Of a stretch of DNA of 64,000 nt, positions 12,941 through 25,129 are shown in pieces (position 1 is the first letter of the stretch; the number at the start of each line of letters is the position of its first letter). Source of the stretch: Eledone cirrhosa (Eukaryota); assembly GCA_964016885.1 (NCBI GenBank), contig OZ024743.1, forward strand, positions 295,864,001 to 295,928,000, read 5' to 3'. The notes beneath the pieces were generated by a model. The model was not told where the DNA came from and made no database searches. It saw only the letters and a list, made by a program, of their open reading frames with translations. Position numbers and translations under genes: made by a program.

Positions 12941-13047
12941 GAGTCCTATAATGGGCACCCACTGATGAATGATAGAAAGGGATTTAGTGCACTTACACCA
13001 ATATATATGTGTATATGTGTGTGTGTGTATGAGTGTATGTATATGTA

Positions 13048-13126
<79 letters not shown>

Positions 13127-13665
13127 ATTATATGTATGTGTGTGTGGATGAGGGTATGTGTATATATAGGTTTAAGTGCACTAAATCCCTTTCTATCACT
13201 CTCCCCTCTCCTACCGACCACATGAAGATATATGTATGTATATTGCTTCAACCCCCTCACTGACCAGCAGCTGGCCATCTGGCCATTGCTAAATCTGACC
13301 TTAAAAAAAACCACTCCCCACAAATAATTCCTCATTCACTACCAGAAAGGGACACACAGCAGTCAACTTGCTGCTACCAAGATGAAAACTACTATGAAAT
13401 CCCACACTGAATTTTATACTTGAATTTTCAAATCTCAAATTTTAAATCTTCTTATTATTAATTTTTCTTAATATTAATCAACATTTGAAAAGATGGCTTT
13501 TGCAGACCCATCGAAACCGGTCAGTTTTTATACCCTTTATTCTTTCCTTACCTTATAAAATTATATGTTTTTTCACAAAAAAGTATTCTGTCTCTTATAT
13601 ATTCCATGTGCCATTACCAACCTCAATTTTCTCTATAACCTTCGTTTTGTGTAGAAACTTACACT

Positions 13666-13670
<5 letters not shown>
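12941..13670 (+). mobile_element. PLE terminal remnant with U3-A8 hammerhead variant (13480-13526)
   Basis: TTGAAAA-gatgg/ccatc-GAAAC-CG-GTC-agtt; a short inverted repeat surrounds the internal microsatellite; ends in (TA)n. Confidence 0.55.
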
Positions 13671-13719
<49 letters not shown>

Positions 13720-13723
<4 letters not shown>

Positions 13724-14351
13724 AAAAAAAGGTGAAATCGAAAATGCAACTGGATTCTTATTTTTTAAAAAATATATATATTTATTTGGTTCCTTTACCA
13801 GTTTCGCAGTTCTTCTGCTTTTCAAAAGTAGAGTTGAGATGGAGGGTCTGTGGTTTTTCTCACATCTGGTTGGTCTCTGAATGTTACTTGTTTTATATGG
13901 AAAATGTGGCTCGAAATGCCAGGTTTGTCGAGAAGTAATTTGATTCGTTGGTCAATAATTATAATAAATTTCGCGCCAGTTCGCGTTACAAAGTTATTCA
14001 AACAAGGGGGAGGGGGTGTCACAGGTTGTTTTTCATATTTGAATTTCTTTTTACTTAAAAAAAGGGGGGGGGGCTCACGAAGGCTTTTTTTTTATAAATG
14101 TAATTTGATTGGTTATAAATGAAATTATGGCTGTCACGTGAACAAGTTTTCATTAAATTTTCGCGCCGGTATTTGGAAATGTATTCTGTAGCCTTTTTAG
14201 AGAATTTTATGACAAGCAAAAGATAATGGTCAAGAGAAATTGGATGGGAGAATTGTTCTGGTTCAGTGAATATGGTTAGTTCGCTGGGGTGTCAGAATTC
14301 AGATTTTCTATTGAATAAAGAAAGTAAATATATGTATGTTTATTTGTGTGC

Positions 14352-14400
<49 letters not shown>

Positions 14401-16032
14401 GTGTGTGTGTGTGTGTTTGAATATCTTTTTACTTAAAAAAGGGTCTCACGAAGGCTTTTTTTAAATAAACGTAATTTGATTGGTTATAAATGAAATTATA
14501 GCTGTCACGTGAACAAGTTTTCATTAAATTTTCGCGACCTTATTTGGAAATCTATTCTGTAGCCTTTTAGAGAATTTTATGACAAGCAAAAGATAATGGT
14601 CAAGAGAAATTGGATGGGAGAATTGTTCTGGTTCAGTGACTATGGTTAGTTCGCTGGGGTGTCAGAATTCAGATTTTATATTGAATAAAGAAAGTAAAAA
14701 TATGTATTATTTATTTATGTGCTTGTGTGTTGTGTGTGTGTGTTTGAATTTCTTTTTACTTAAAAAAAGGGGGCTCACGAAGACTTTTTTTAATAAACGT
14801 AATTTGATTGGTTATAAATGAAATTATGGCTGACACGTGAACACGTTTTCATTAAATTTTAACGCCCTTTTTGGAAATCAATTCTGCAGCCTTTTTAGAG
14901 AACTTTTTGAAAAGCAAATGATAATGGTCAAGAGAAATTGGACGGGAGAATTGTTCTGGTTCAGTGAATATGGTTAGTTCGCTGGGGTGTCAAAATTCAG
15001 ATTTTCTATTGAAGTAAAGAAAGTAAAGATGTGTATGTTTATTTGTGTGCTTGTGTGTGTGTGTGTGTGCGTGTGTGTATTGGAAGACGATTCTATTAGT
15101 AGAAATGGGGGAGGGAGTTGTGTGTATGTGTATATGGGTGTTATGTGTGTGTGTGTGGGAGTATGTTAAGATGGAGAGAATATATATATTTTGTGTGTGT
15201 ATATATGTGTGTAGGAAAGTGTTTCTATTAATAGAAATGGGGGAGGGAGTTGTGTGTGTGTGGGGTGGGGGTTGTTGTGTGTGTGTATAGGTGTTATGTG
15301 TGTGGGAGTATGGTTAGCATGTTAAGATGAAGAGAATATATATATATTGTGTGTGTGTGTAGGAAAATGATTCCTTTAGTAGGAATATGTTTGAATGAAC
15401 ATATTTTCCTTACTTATTCGTATTTGTTGTGTTGTATTGTCAGTGCAAACGTATGTTAAGATTTATTTAGTTCGGGTTTTTATTTTTTAAAGTAGAAGGT
15501 GTTATGTGTGTGTATGTGTCTGTTTGGATGGTTAGCATGTTATGGTGTTGACATAATGTATATTAAACCATATGTAATGCTGGTCTATATTTTTGAATAA
15601 ATATATTTTCCTTATTTATTCGTATTTGTTCTGTTGTATTGTTAGCGCAAAGGTAAAATGGGAAGAGTTGGAATTTAAGTGTCTTATTACTTGCGCATAT
15701 GACTAGATGTGCGGTTAGTGGTATCTGTCTCGTGGTTGGAACCAATCAAATTACTTCTCGAAAAACCTGGCATTTCGAGCCACTTTTTCCATATAAAACA
15801 AGTAACATTCAGAGATCGACCAGATGTGAGAAAAACCACAGACCCTCCATTTCAACTCTACTTTTGAAAAGCAGAAGAACTGCGAAACCGGTAAAGGAAC
15901 CAAATAAATATATATATATTTTTTTAAATAAGACTCCAGTTGCATTTTAGATTTCATCTTTTTTTCTTTATACTTTCACTCGTGTAGGACACCTCGGTTA
16001 TTTTTCATTTTATAAAAAAACCTCACTTTCTA
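13720..16032. mobile_element. Non-coding PLE-like element with ~225-bp terminal inverted repeats and internal tandem repeats
   Basis: 13720-13945 is the reverse complement of ~15742-15968. Three ~340-380-bp direct repeats lie at ~14030-15060. Hammerheads occur in both inverted arms. (TA)n flanks. Another copy of the terminus lies at 41078-41294. Confidence 0.8.
15859..15898 (+). ncRNA. Minimal hammerhead with compensatory U3-A8 core (copies on minus strand at 13791-13830 and 41213-41252)
   Basis: ctt-TTGAAAA-GCAG-aagaa-CTGC-GAAAC-CG-GTA-aag; stem III palindrome ACCGGT. Confidence 0.75.
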
Positions 16033-16045
16033 ATATATATATATA

Positions 16046-16117
<72 letters not shown>

Positions 16118-16164
16118 TATATATATATATATATATAGATATATATATAGATATAGATATATAT

Positions 16165-16272
<108 letters not shown>

Positions 16273-16302
16273 CTTTGTGTGTATGTATTATATATATACA
16301 TA

Positions 16303-16740
16303 GATGATTTCAACTATGGGCTTTCACATTTTCGAATGTTTGTAATAATATGGTTGAGCTTCTTCTACTTGTTGTTGTAGCAACATTTGCAATTCTTCCA
16401 TAGAAATCGACGTTTTTTGTTGTTGTCATTTTGTTTTTTTTTTGTCGCCAATTTATTTTTTTCCCAACAGAAATGAGTACACAACAGATAAGAGTGTATG
16501 TATATACACACTTATAGTTTTGTTTTTTGTGAGTTTTCTTTCATATCTGTTGTTTGGTAAAGCATAACAAATTGGCGACGGAACAAACACAAGTCTATTT
16601 CGATGAAACGATTGCCAATGTTGCTACAACAAAAAAAGTAAGAAGAAGCTCAACTAAAAGTAATTGATTTGACTCTGCATAACCAGATTCTTACAAACGT
16701 TCGACAGAGTGAAAACCCATATCAGTTGAAATCATTTATG
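16303..16740. repeat. Old fold-back (palindromic) element ~430 bp
   Basis: Arms gatttcaact…ttgagcttcttct…gtagcaacatt…gtcgccaattt pair imperfectly with aaattggcgac…aatgttgctac…agaagaagctcaa…agttgaaatc. Confidence 0.7.
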
Positions 16741-19700
16741 TATATCTTCCATAATTTAAGTGGGCACTTAATCATATGAAATTGTTCAAACTGATATTAA
16801 AGTTATATGGAAATAAATTCTTATCAAACGTGACAAAGTAACACTGAATGTAATAGAAAATATAATCTGAATCCGTTGTGTCACCATTGAAATTTTCCTA
16901 AAAGAATATAGCCTGTTACATGTTCAATACAAACAAAAAAATCAATTTTTAAATCAATTTCTGATGGAGTATTACGAGAAATCGAAACATGCATATTCTA
17001 TGATACATATTAACGCACATATTATCAATATTTATGTAATATATTTTTCTTACTACAAGAGAAAGGTATAGAATTTGAGATGCACAATTCAATCACAATT
17101 ACAATATAAACAATGACCGCTTTCAGCAAGTTGTTTTCAAGCAACTTATGTCATCGTACGGTTCATATTTTCCTTAAACAAATGAACCTTGATATATCCG
17201 AGAGCAGTAGATGAGATATTTGATCATCCATGTTATTCTACAAATGCAGAGTTTTGCCAAAACTAGGAAACAGTAACTGAAACTATGCATCTTATTCCGG
17301 AGATAAATTGCTTTCTTATTCACAGCGCCTCACTGCTGACATATAAAGGAGAAAAAAATAAACATTTCAACTGACATCATTGTAGAACATTGTAGAACCA
17401 TTATGAGTGCGCAACCGAAGCAAGATTCAGTAATGCACCTTTGTCATTGTTTTTGTTGTTGTTGTTGTTTTGTTTATACTGTTAACTATTTCAGTGCTAA
17501 ATCCATATTTGGTCTTTTATTGCACTAGGTTGGGGTTATACTTTAGCTTTGACAGTTTTCTAAAACATTAAAACCAAAGAGATATTTTGGTTTCTTTACT
17601 TAGTTTCGAACTGTACCTTTTAGAACTAAACTAAAATACACCGGTACCTCTTTTCCACAGAACTGTTGAAAACTAAAATATATCCAATACGTTTGGGACA
17701 TTCACAACTTTAATGCACCGTTGAAAAAAACATGAACTCAGAAACTTCTTTTCCAATATAAACTTGGCAATCAGTAAGAATTATTGGTTTCGCTTTGGCT
17801 AGACTGAATGTTATCTGGGAAGACAATCGTTACCCTATTGATCGTTTCGATCATTTATTAGCATACAAATGTAAAGCTGCTACACGAGCCGAAATTCAAA
17901 ACATAGTCGCAGCCTAGATACGATAAAATCGTAAGTCTTTACTGCTTCACTGTACTCATGTATTAAATAGTATTTACATTAACACAAGTAAAATAATTAA
18001 GCGTATAAAATACGTCAGTTTATTAACATAAAACACTATGATTAACTTTCGAATAACATCTTTAGAAAAGAATCAATGCAATGAAAAACAACGAATTATA
18101 TTCATCAGAGAATAAATAGATTGACTTTGATATAAGACGAATTACAGAATGCAATCATTTGAACATTTTCGGAGAAGGTGTGAAGATATTAATGTGATGG
18201 CTAGAAGCGAAATCATTGTAACGAATATAGTATATTGTGAATGAGGCATATTATGGCAAATGTAAGTTGTAAATATAGCATTCATATATTAATATCGATG
18301 CAGACGTTTTTTTTTTATTTTTTACACGTGATTATGTATATACATATAAATATATATGTTGTACGTGTGTGTGTGTATGTGTATGCGTATGTGTGTACAT
18401 ACATGTATATTTTTATGTGTGTGTGTGTGCGTGTATACACATACACATATATGTATGTGTGTATATATATATAACGTAAAAGTTAAGTTTGAAAGTTTAA
18501 AAGTTAAAATAAAATAAAATAAATAAAATACACAGACACACGCAAACAAACCCCCACACACCCACACAATATATAAATATATAAATTCTGTTGCATGGCG
18601 CTTGACTCTTAGGAGTTCATCCGCCCTTTACATGTCTTGTTTTTCATCCAGCAGGGTGTCCAATTACCCTCCACATCAAGCAAGCTTGATGGGGCTGTCG
18701 GTTTAGTCACCGACCACTTTAACGTTTTTAACTTTAAAATATTTAAATATAGATGGAAACACCTTTAACTTTCGGTTGTTAGAATGACTTTTCTAAAGTT
18801 TATATGGCATATTTAGTTACATATTTTTATATGAAAGATATTCTTGAGCTAACGTTGTATATTTGTGAATTATTCATATCATATATGAATAACAGATGAC
18901 GTTAATGCATATGATTGTATCATTCATAAGATTATCTAAGGTTTCAGCTTCGGATAACAAAGGATGCATTATTTTAAACTAATCGTTTTCTTTTATAGGA
19001 TTTGTAGAGTGGCTACTATAAATTAAGTATAGGTTTTCCTGCAAACACTACTTTTATGTGGTATAGATGAGATTCGAATTATTAATTCTTCAGTTTGCTG
19101 GCCTTATAAACACAATCACACAAACATACGTAAATATTTGAGGAGTATTTATGAGTTCATAGACATAGACATGTTCACACATACGTAGGCACACACACAC
19201 ACACACACACTTGTGCTTATGTGAATTAATGTACGCAAGCGCAGGCGAAGGTAGTACATTAGTAGCGCAATATTTCATATTATTTTACAAGGGCGAGCCT
19301 TCCTGATTGACCTGAGTCACTTTCTGTTTCATTTTGGTCATGTCGCTTGGCGAATTACGGGACGGGGAAGCTATTTAACGTATAGTTGGGGTGGATAGTT
19401 GTTGTCTGTGAGGAATTCACACTCCCTTTTAATAGATCTTGTTTTTTGTGCTCCTGGGGTTCCATTTACCCTTCTCACGAGACCAAGGTATGGTGGGGAA
19501 GCCGGATTAGTCGCCGACCACTCGAAGCAGGTTGTATTGGGTTACACGGTACCAATAGCAAGCAGAAGTCTGACCTGACATCTCATCTTTCAGAAAACAA
19601 TTTAAAAAGTACCAATAACATACTGGGATTTATACAATCGGATGAATTTTTCCGTGAAAGTTTTCATCTGTTTCAAACTTATTTCACGGAAACTTTATTT

Positions 19701-20007
19701 CTTCAAAATGTGAAGAGTAGTGTAAAGCAAGAGATTGCGACATATATTCGATCACTGATTGACTATATTTCAATATATACTGTACGTACCAACATTTAAA
19801 ATAGCACAGAATTTCTTTTTATATTTTCTATAGATATAGAAACGTAAATACAACTTTTAAGGCGTTCTTTTCACTCTTTCTGCGTGACACCTTGGTTAAG
19901 TATATTTTACCAATGACAACCTTCGCAGTAACATCACTAATTCCGCTGACACCCTATCGTTAATTCTTTGTTTATTTTTCTTATTTTTCTCTGACTCTAT
20001 CTTTATG

Positions 20008-20043
20008 CCATCTGATGACGTCGCCGATTGAAATGCGTCAGGG
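20008..20043 (+). ncRNA. Degenerate minimal hammerhead in an old PLE remnant
   Basis: ccat-CTGATGA-cgtcg/cgatt-GAAATGCGTC-aggg. Confidence 0.5.
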
Positions 20044-20329
20044 TCTGATGACGTAATCAATTAGCGAGAGAAATACATATTATGCAACCATAAACGTTAT
20101 TGGAATCCGGCCTTCACATATTTTTCATTGAGGTATTTAACACCGTTCCTGTAGCACCCACGAGATATGATATCTATAATGGAAGATACACATTACGTTG
20201 AGTACTTTCTGCTTATTACATCACGATCTACTGATTGGAAAGACTGGCTGACAAACTCAGCTACCTAATAGTGAAACCATACAACGTAAAGAATATATAT
20301 GTATACATATGTATACATACGTGTGTCTG

Positions 20330-20520
20330 TGCGGGTGGGTGTTGAGATCTATGTTTATGACCCGTACTTATATGGTTTGATCATAAAGATCAATACAAAA
20401 AGAACCAACTTGAAAGAATAAACACTGGAGGGTCGATATGACCGTCTAAATCCTTTCGAAGCTGTGTCTCAGCATGGTCATAATCTAATGATTGAAACAC
20501 ATAAAAGAATAAAAGTCTAA
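20330..20520 (+). mobile_element. Degraded SINE 3' part carrying the CR1-type tail
   Basis: aaacactggagggtcgatat…cagcatggtc…tgattgaaacacataaaagaataaaag resembles the tail at 12350-12412. Confidence 0.6.
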
Positions 20521-21447
20521 AAGAATATATCTTTATAAAATGAAGAATATAATCGGAATTTGTTTCTATGTTTTTCTTATCATATTATATTTCTATAATT
20601 ATGTCTTAGATTTATTGCACCCACTTCCAAAATACCATTAATTATTCCTATCCAAAACTGTATAGAAATCTATTTCATACACAATTGTTTCAGAAGTTCG
20701 ATAAATTACTGATAATGGTTTCGACGCGCCAAGAGATTACCTCTTGCTCTGTGGCGTTTACCACCAATAAACTAGTTATATTAAGCGATATCGATCACTT
20801 TCTATTGATTCCTCTATCAATAGATATTAATGGAGAAATTATACGGCATACCAGTTGTTCTACCTGTTTAAGAGTGTTGTCTATATGTGACATACAATCA
20901 ATCAGTCATATACACTCGTGAACATTGATTTTTAGCTAATGCGTGGGAAACTCTCCATACTCAAGTGGTAACCTTACTATTAGAATGTGCAGATCTAACT
21001 ATCAACGTATCAATTCTGTCAATAAAAGAAAGTGGTGGGAAGAGGCAAATAGCTAGAATAAGATAAAGGGGGTGGGGACAAATTGTGATGAAAATATATT
21101 ACAGAAAAAATAGCAGGAAATTGTAAGAGAGAGAGGGGGAGACCAATAAATAAAGAGACAAGGAAAGTGTGTAAAAAATTGTGAGAGAAAGAAAGGCTAA
21201 GAGAGATAAAGATTTAGAGCGCGAGAATTGTGGGATTCATACAGGTGCATACACAGAAAAATTTCTGCGTGCGTGTATGCTTATATATATGTGTGTGTAT
21301 GTACGTATATACGGAAATAAATATGCACACACAGACACACACACACACACACACACTCACACAGACACACGCACAGACACACGCACACACATATATATAT
21401 ATATATGCACACACAACCCCCCCCCCCCCCACACACACACACACACT

Positions 21448-21485
<38 letters not shown>

Positions 21486-22004
21486 ACAAATAGTCTATCG
21501 CTCTACATGGCTGAATACAATAAATATAATCTGAGGTTTTCGAATATTAATAATAATATTCAATTCGTTTGCAATTATGCAAACATCCTCTTTTTAAGCC
21601 ATGTCTGTAGAATGAACCCATCAACGAACACTTAGCAAACACCCTGAACCGAACGCCAAACTGGATGTGTGTTGTGTATATCGGACTTATTCTTGTTATG
21701 GGTTTAGTGATTAGACTGCCGTCATTGTGGGACAGTTTCGTTTTAGTAGATCTTGTCAACCCCAGTTTGATTTCTTTTCAAATCTGGTTCTTATTTAATC
21801 GATCTCATTTTTTGTTGCACCTTTAAAGCATGAGAAATAAATACCAACGCAGAATAAATGTTAACACACACACACACACACACACAGATACACAGAAGGC
21901 ATTTGTCATCCCGAAACCATAACAGAAGAAAATTGCCCAAGCTCTCGCACAGCGGAACTGAAAGCAGAATTACGCGGCTACGGTGAGAACTACTTAATCA
22001 CACA

Positions 22005-22870
22005 GACAGGCTCGGAATTAGCCCAGTAGAGGTCCCTCCTCCTTCTCCCCCTGCTGACGTCAAATCCCCCCAAAGCGTATGGGATGCCATCCAGTGCAGT
22101 CTGGCCTCAAACAGGCTCACGCGCCAGCTCGACCACCATCGCCTCGCCTGTTTTCGCGCGGCCTCCAAACCCCACAGTGGTGCCTGGCTCCATGCCTTGC
22201 CATCCTTCTCCACTGGCACGCAGCTGGATAACGATAGCCTGCGCATCGGCGTTTTCTTGAGGCTTGGACTCCGGATCTGCGAGCCACATAAATGTCGCTG
22301 TGGATCCGCCGTGGGCTCTTTCAGCCTCCACCCGCTTTCCTGTCGCCAGAGTGCCGGCCGCCTTCCACGCCATGCTGCCCTCAACGAGGTCATTAACATG
22401 GCGTGGACGCTGCAGGCTTCCCCTCCCATCTCGAGACGGTGGGGCTGGACCGAGGGGATGGCAAAAGGCCAGACGGTATGACCATCTTCCCGTTCCGCGG
22501 TGGCAAACCCCTCGTCTTGGATGCCACTTAAAGCGAGACTTTTTCCAGCCGCAACCTGCGACTAACCCAGGTACTGCTGTACGTCGGGGTGAGGAGGCCA
22601 AACTCTCCAATTACCGGTCGCTCTTTGACAGGTTCGCTGTAGTGCCCTTGGCAGTGGACACTTCTGGTGTCCTTGGCCCTAGGTCTACCTCCCTATTCAC
22701 CACTATAGGCACTGAGCTTGCCAGCCGCAGGTATGAGCCTCGCGAGTTGGGATGGTTCTTCCAGCGCATGTCCCTTATGATCCTCTGGGGAAAAACCTTC
22801 TCCATCCTGTCCGCCGGGGATGTGGGGAGGCCAGCACGGGGAAGCCCATTTGCTCACCATACGGATTAAT
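22005..22870 (+). mobile_element. CRE-like non-LTR retrotransposon 3' fragment (zinc finger plus restriction-like endonuclease), frameshifted
   Basis: LDNDSLRIGVFLRLGLRICEPHKCRCG…HPLSC…RHAALNEV; KRPDG (aaaaggccagacggt) PD motif; EEAKLSNY…VPLAVDTSGVLGP. Confidence 0.8.
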
Positions 22871-23384
22871 AGGCAACGTTATAAACTATTGTAAATAAAT
22901 ATATTATATGTGCAAACTGTAATGTTGTAACGCATATATGTGACAGGCACAATATCTTAAGTTAGTTTGCAATTTTGACATATTTGAGAAATGACTTACA
23001 CAATAAGCCTGATCTGCGATTATATATAAGTTGAACATTTTACTATGTTTTTTTTTTGGTTTTGTTTATTTATTAATTGATTGCAATTATGTCTTTGCTT
23101 TCTATATGGAGGAATTGTTTGAGTACGTCATCCTCCGTTTTCATTCCTTCATTTTTTAATTTGAATACACGCCAACGTGTTCTCCGTAAATAGGAAGCAC
23201 CAGCTTACTTTCCGTTTGCTGTCATGTGACACTGAACGTTAGGAGTTCACTACAGCAATAGCTAAACTACACCAGAGCAGTCACTTGGTAGCTGATCTGT
23301 TCCGGATGGGCTAATTCCTCGCTGATGAAGCTGCTCTTAGCCAATTACGTAATGCTAATAAAGGCCAATTATTAATTAATTCTA

Positions 23385-24880
23385 TCGTGCAATGCTACTT
23401 GTTGACACTGTCCGTATTTTCAGCAATGATATATGTATGGAATTTGGTATTAATAAGTGTGGAGTCCTAGTGATGAAGAGGGGTAAATTGAGCAGAAGCA
23501 ACGGAATCCAGGTACCAGCAGGTGAGATGATAAAGGAAATTGACACTGAAAAGCGATACAAATATTTAGGTGTTTTGGGGGCAGATGACATCAAGAACAA
23601 ACAAATGAAGGAATTGATAAGATCTGAGTACATTAGGAGAGTAAGGAACGTATTAAAATCACATCTAAATAGTAGGAATGTCATAAGTGCAGTGAATTCC
23701 CGAGCTGTGTCTATTATTAGGTACAGTGCGGGAATTCTGAGATGGAATGTTGCTGAACAAAAAGAAATGGATAGGAAGACTAGGAAGCTATTGACTATCT
23801 ACAACATGTTCCACAAGAGGAGTGATGTGGATAGACTCTACTTAAAGAGATCTGAAGGCGGAAGAGGTCTTATCAGCATAGAGGACTGTGGTCAGATGGA
23901 GAAAAACAGCCTGCACAAATATGTGCCTGACAGTAGGGAGCCAATGCTCAAAATTGTACTGAAGGAGAAGACAATAGACCAGGAGATGCCCAAGGAGAAA
24001 ATAACAACAAGGAGGAAGAGCAACCTTCATGAAAAATCCCTTCATAACACCTTCTTTAAGAAAACGGAATTTAGATATCCACAGACATGAAACTGGTTAA
24101 AAAGAGGAGACCTTAAAAAAGCTACAGAAGGAATGCTAATGGCTGCGCAAGAGCAAGGAATGCTAATGGCTGCGCAAGAGCAAGCCATCATATTGACAAG
24201 GCGAAGGCTAGCTCACTGTGTAGGATCTGTGGAGAGAGAGGAGACTGTGGCTCACATTGTATCCGAGTATAAACACCTAGCCCAGACTCACTATAAAGGC
24301 TGGAGACATGATGTGATGCGCAGGGTGATCCACTGGCATCTATGCAAAGTAAACAATTTACCACATTCTGAGAAGTGGTATGAGCATAAGCCAGAGTCGG
24401 TCATAGAAAACGATCAGGTGAAGGTGCTATAGGATTTTAGGATACAGACGGACAAGAAATTAGAACACAATAGGCCTGAACTGATGGTTTTGGACGAGGA
24501 AAAAAGATCGAGCCTGATTGTAGATGTAGCCTTCCCATTTGACACGAGATTGCAAGAAACGGAAAGGGATAAAATTAACCGATACCAGGACTTAAAGTGG
24601 GAGTTAAAAAGGATTTAGAACTGCCATGATATCAAGGTCGTCGCGATTGTAATAGGCGCACTAGGTACTATCTCAAAGAGTTTCCAAGGATGGTTAAAGA
24701 AGATTAGTCCAGCCCCGCTTTTTGGAACACTTCAAAAGGCATGCTTGCTGGGAACAGCAAGAACACTCGAGACGTCCTGAATGTCTGAGGCTGCACGTAG
24801 TGGCTTGATATTCCTTTCAACAAACTTTCCAGTTAAATTACATCAATGACTGAGACTCAAAGAACAATAATAATAAAAAT
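23385..24880 (+). mobile_element. R4/Dong-like non-LTR retrotransposon, 3' half (RT end, CCHC, RLE endonuclease), degraded
   Basis: MEFGINKC, YKYLG, DRKTRKLLT, DVDRLYLKRSEGGRGL, AAQEQA, ETVAHIVS, HNRP(E)L, K..RY motifs; ends in (TAA)n. Confidence 0.85.
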
Positions 24881-24977
24881 AATGATTTCATTTATTGGCC
24901 ACAAGGGCCGACATATAGGGGACAATACAAAAGACTGGGACAGTGGGGTTTACAGAAAAATCGAGTAAACAATATGA

Positions 24978-25078
24978 ATAACAATAACAAAGTAACAATA
25001 ACAAAGTAACAATAACAAAGTAACAATAACAAAGTAACAATAACAAAGTAACAATAACAAAGTAACAATAAAGTAACA
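24978..25078. repeat. 14-bp minisatellite (aacaataacaaagt)n in the Tx1 3' UTR
   Basis: About 7 tandem units are visible. Confidence 0.9.
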
Positions 25079-25129
25079 AGAAAATTACAAGAAAAAAATT
25101 CCGCAGTAGGGGGCATGACCACCCAGGGA

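Noticed and set aside
23318-23355. Hammerhead at gctgatgaagctgctcttagcc (also a weak one near 4278-4320)
   Set aside because: GAAA or CTGATGA core and stem I are too degraded to support a call
24978-25078. Short regular repeats as a CRISPR-like array
   Set aside because: Head-to-tail minisatellite without spacers; eukaryotic TE context; no cas genes
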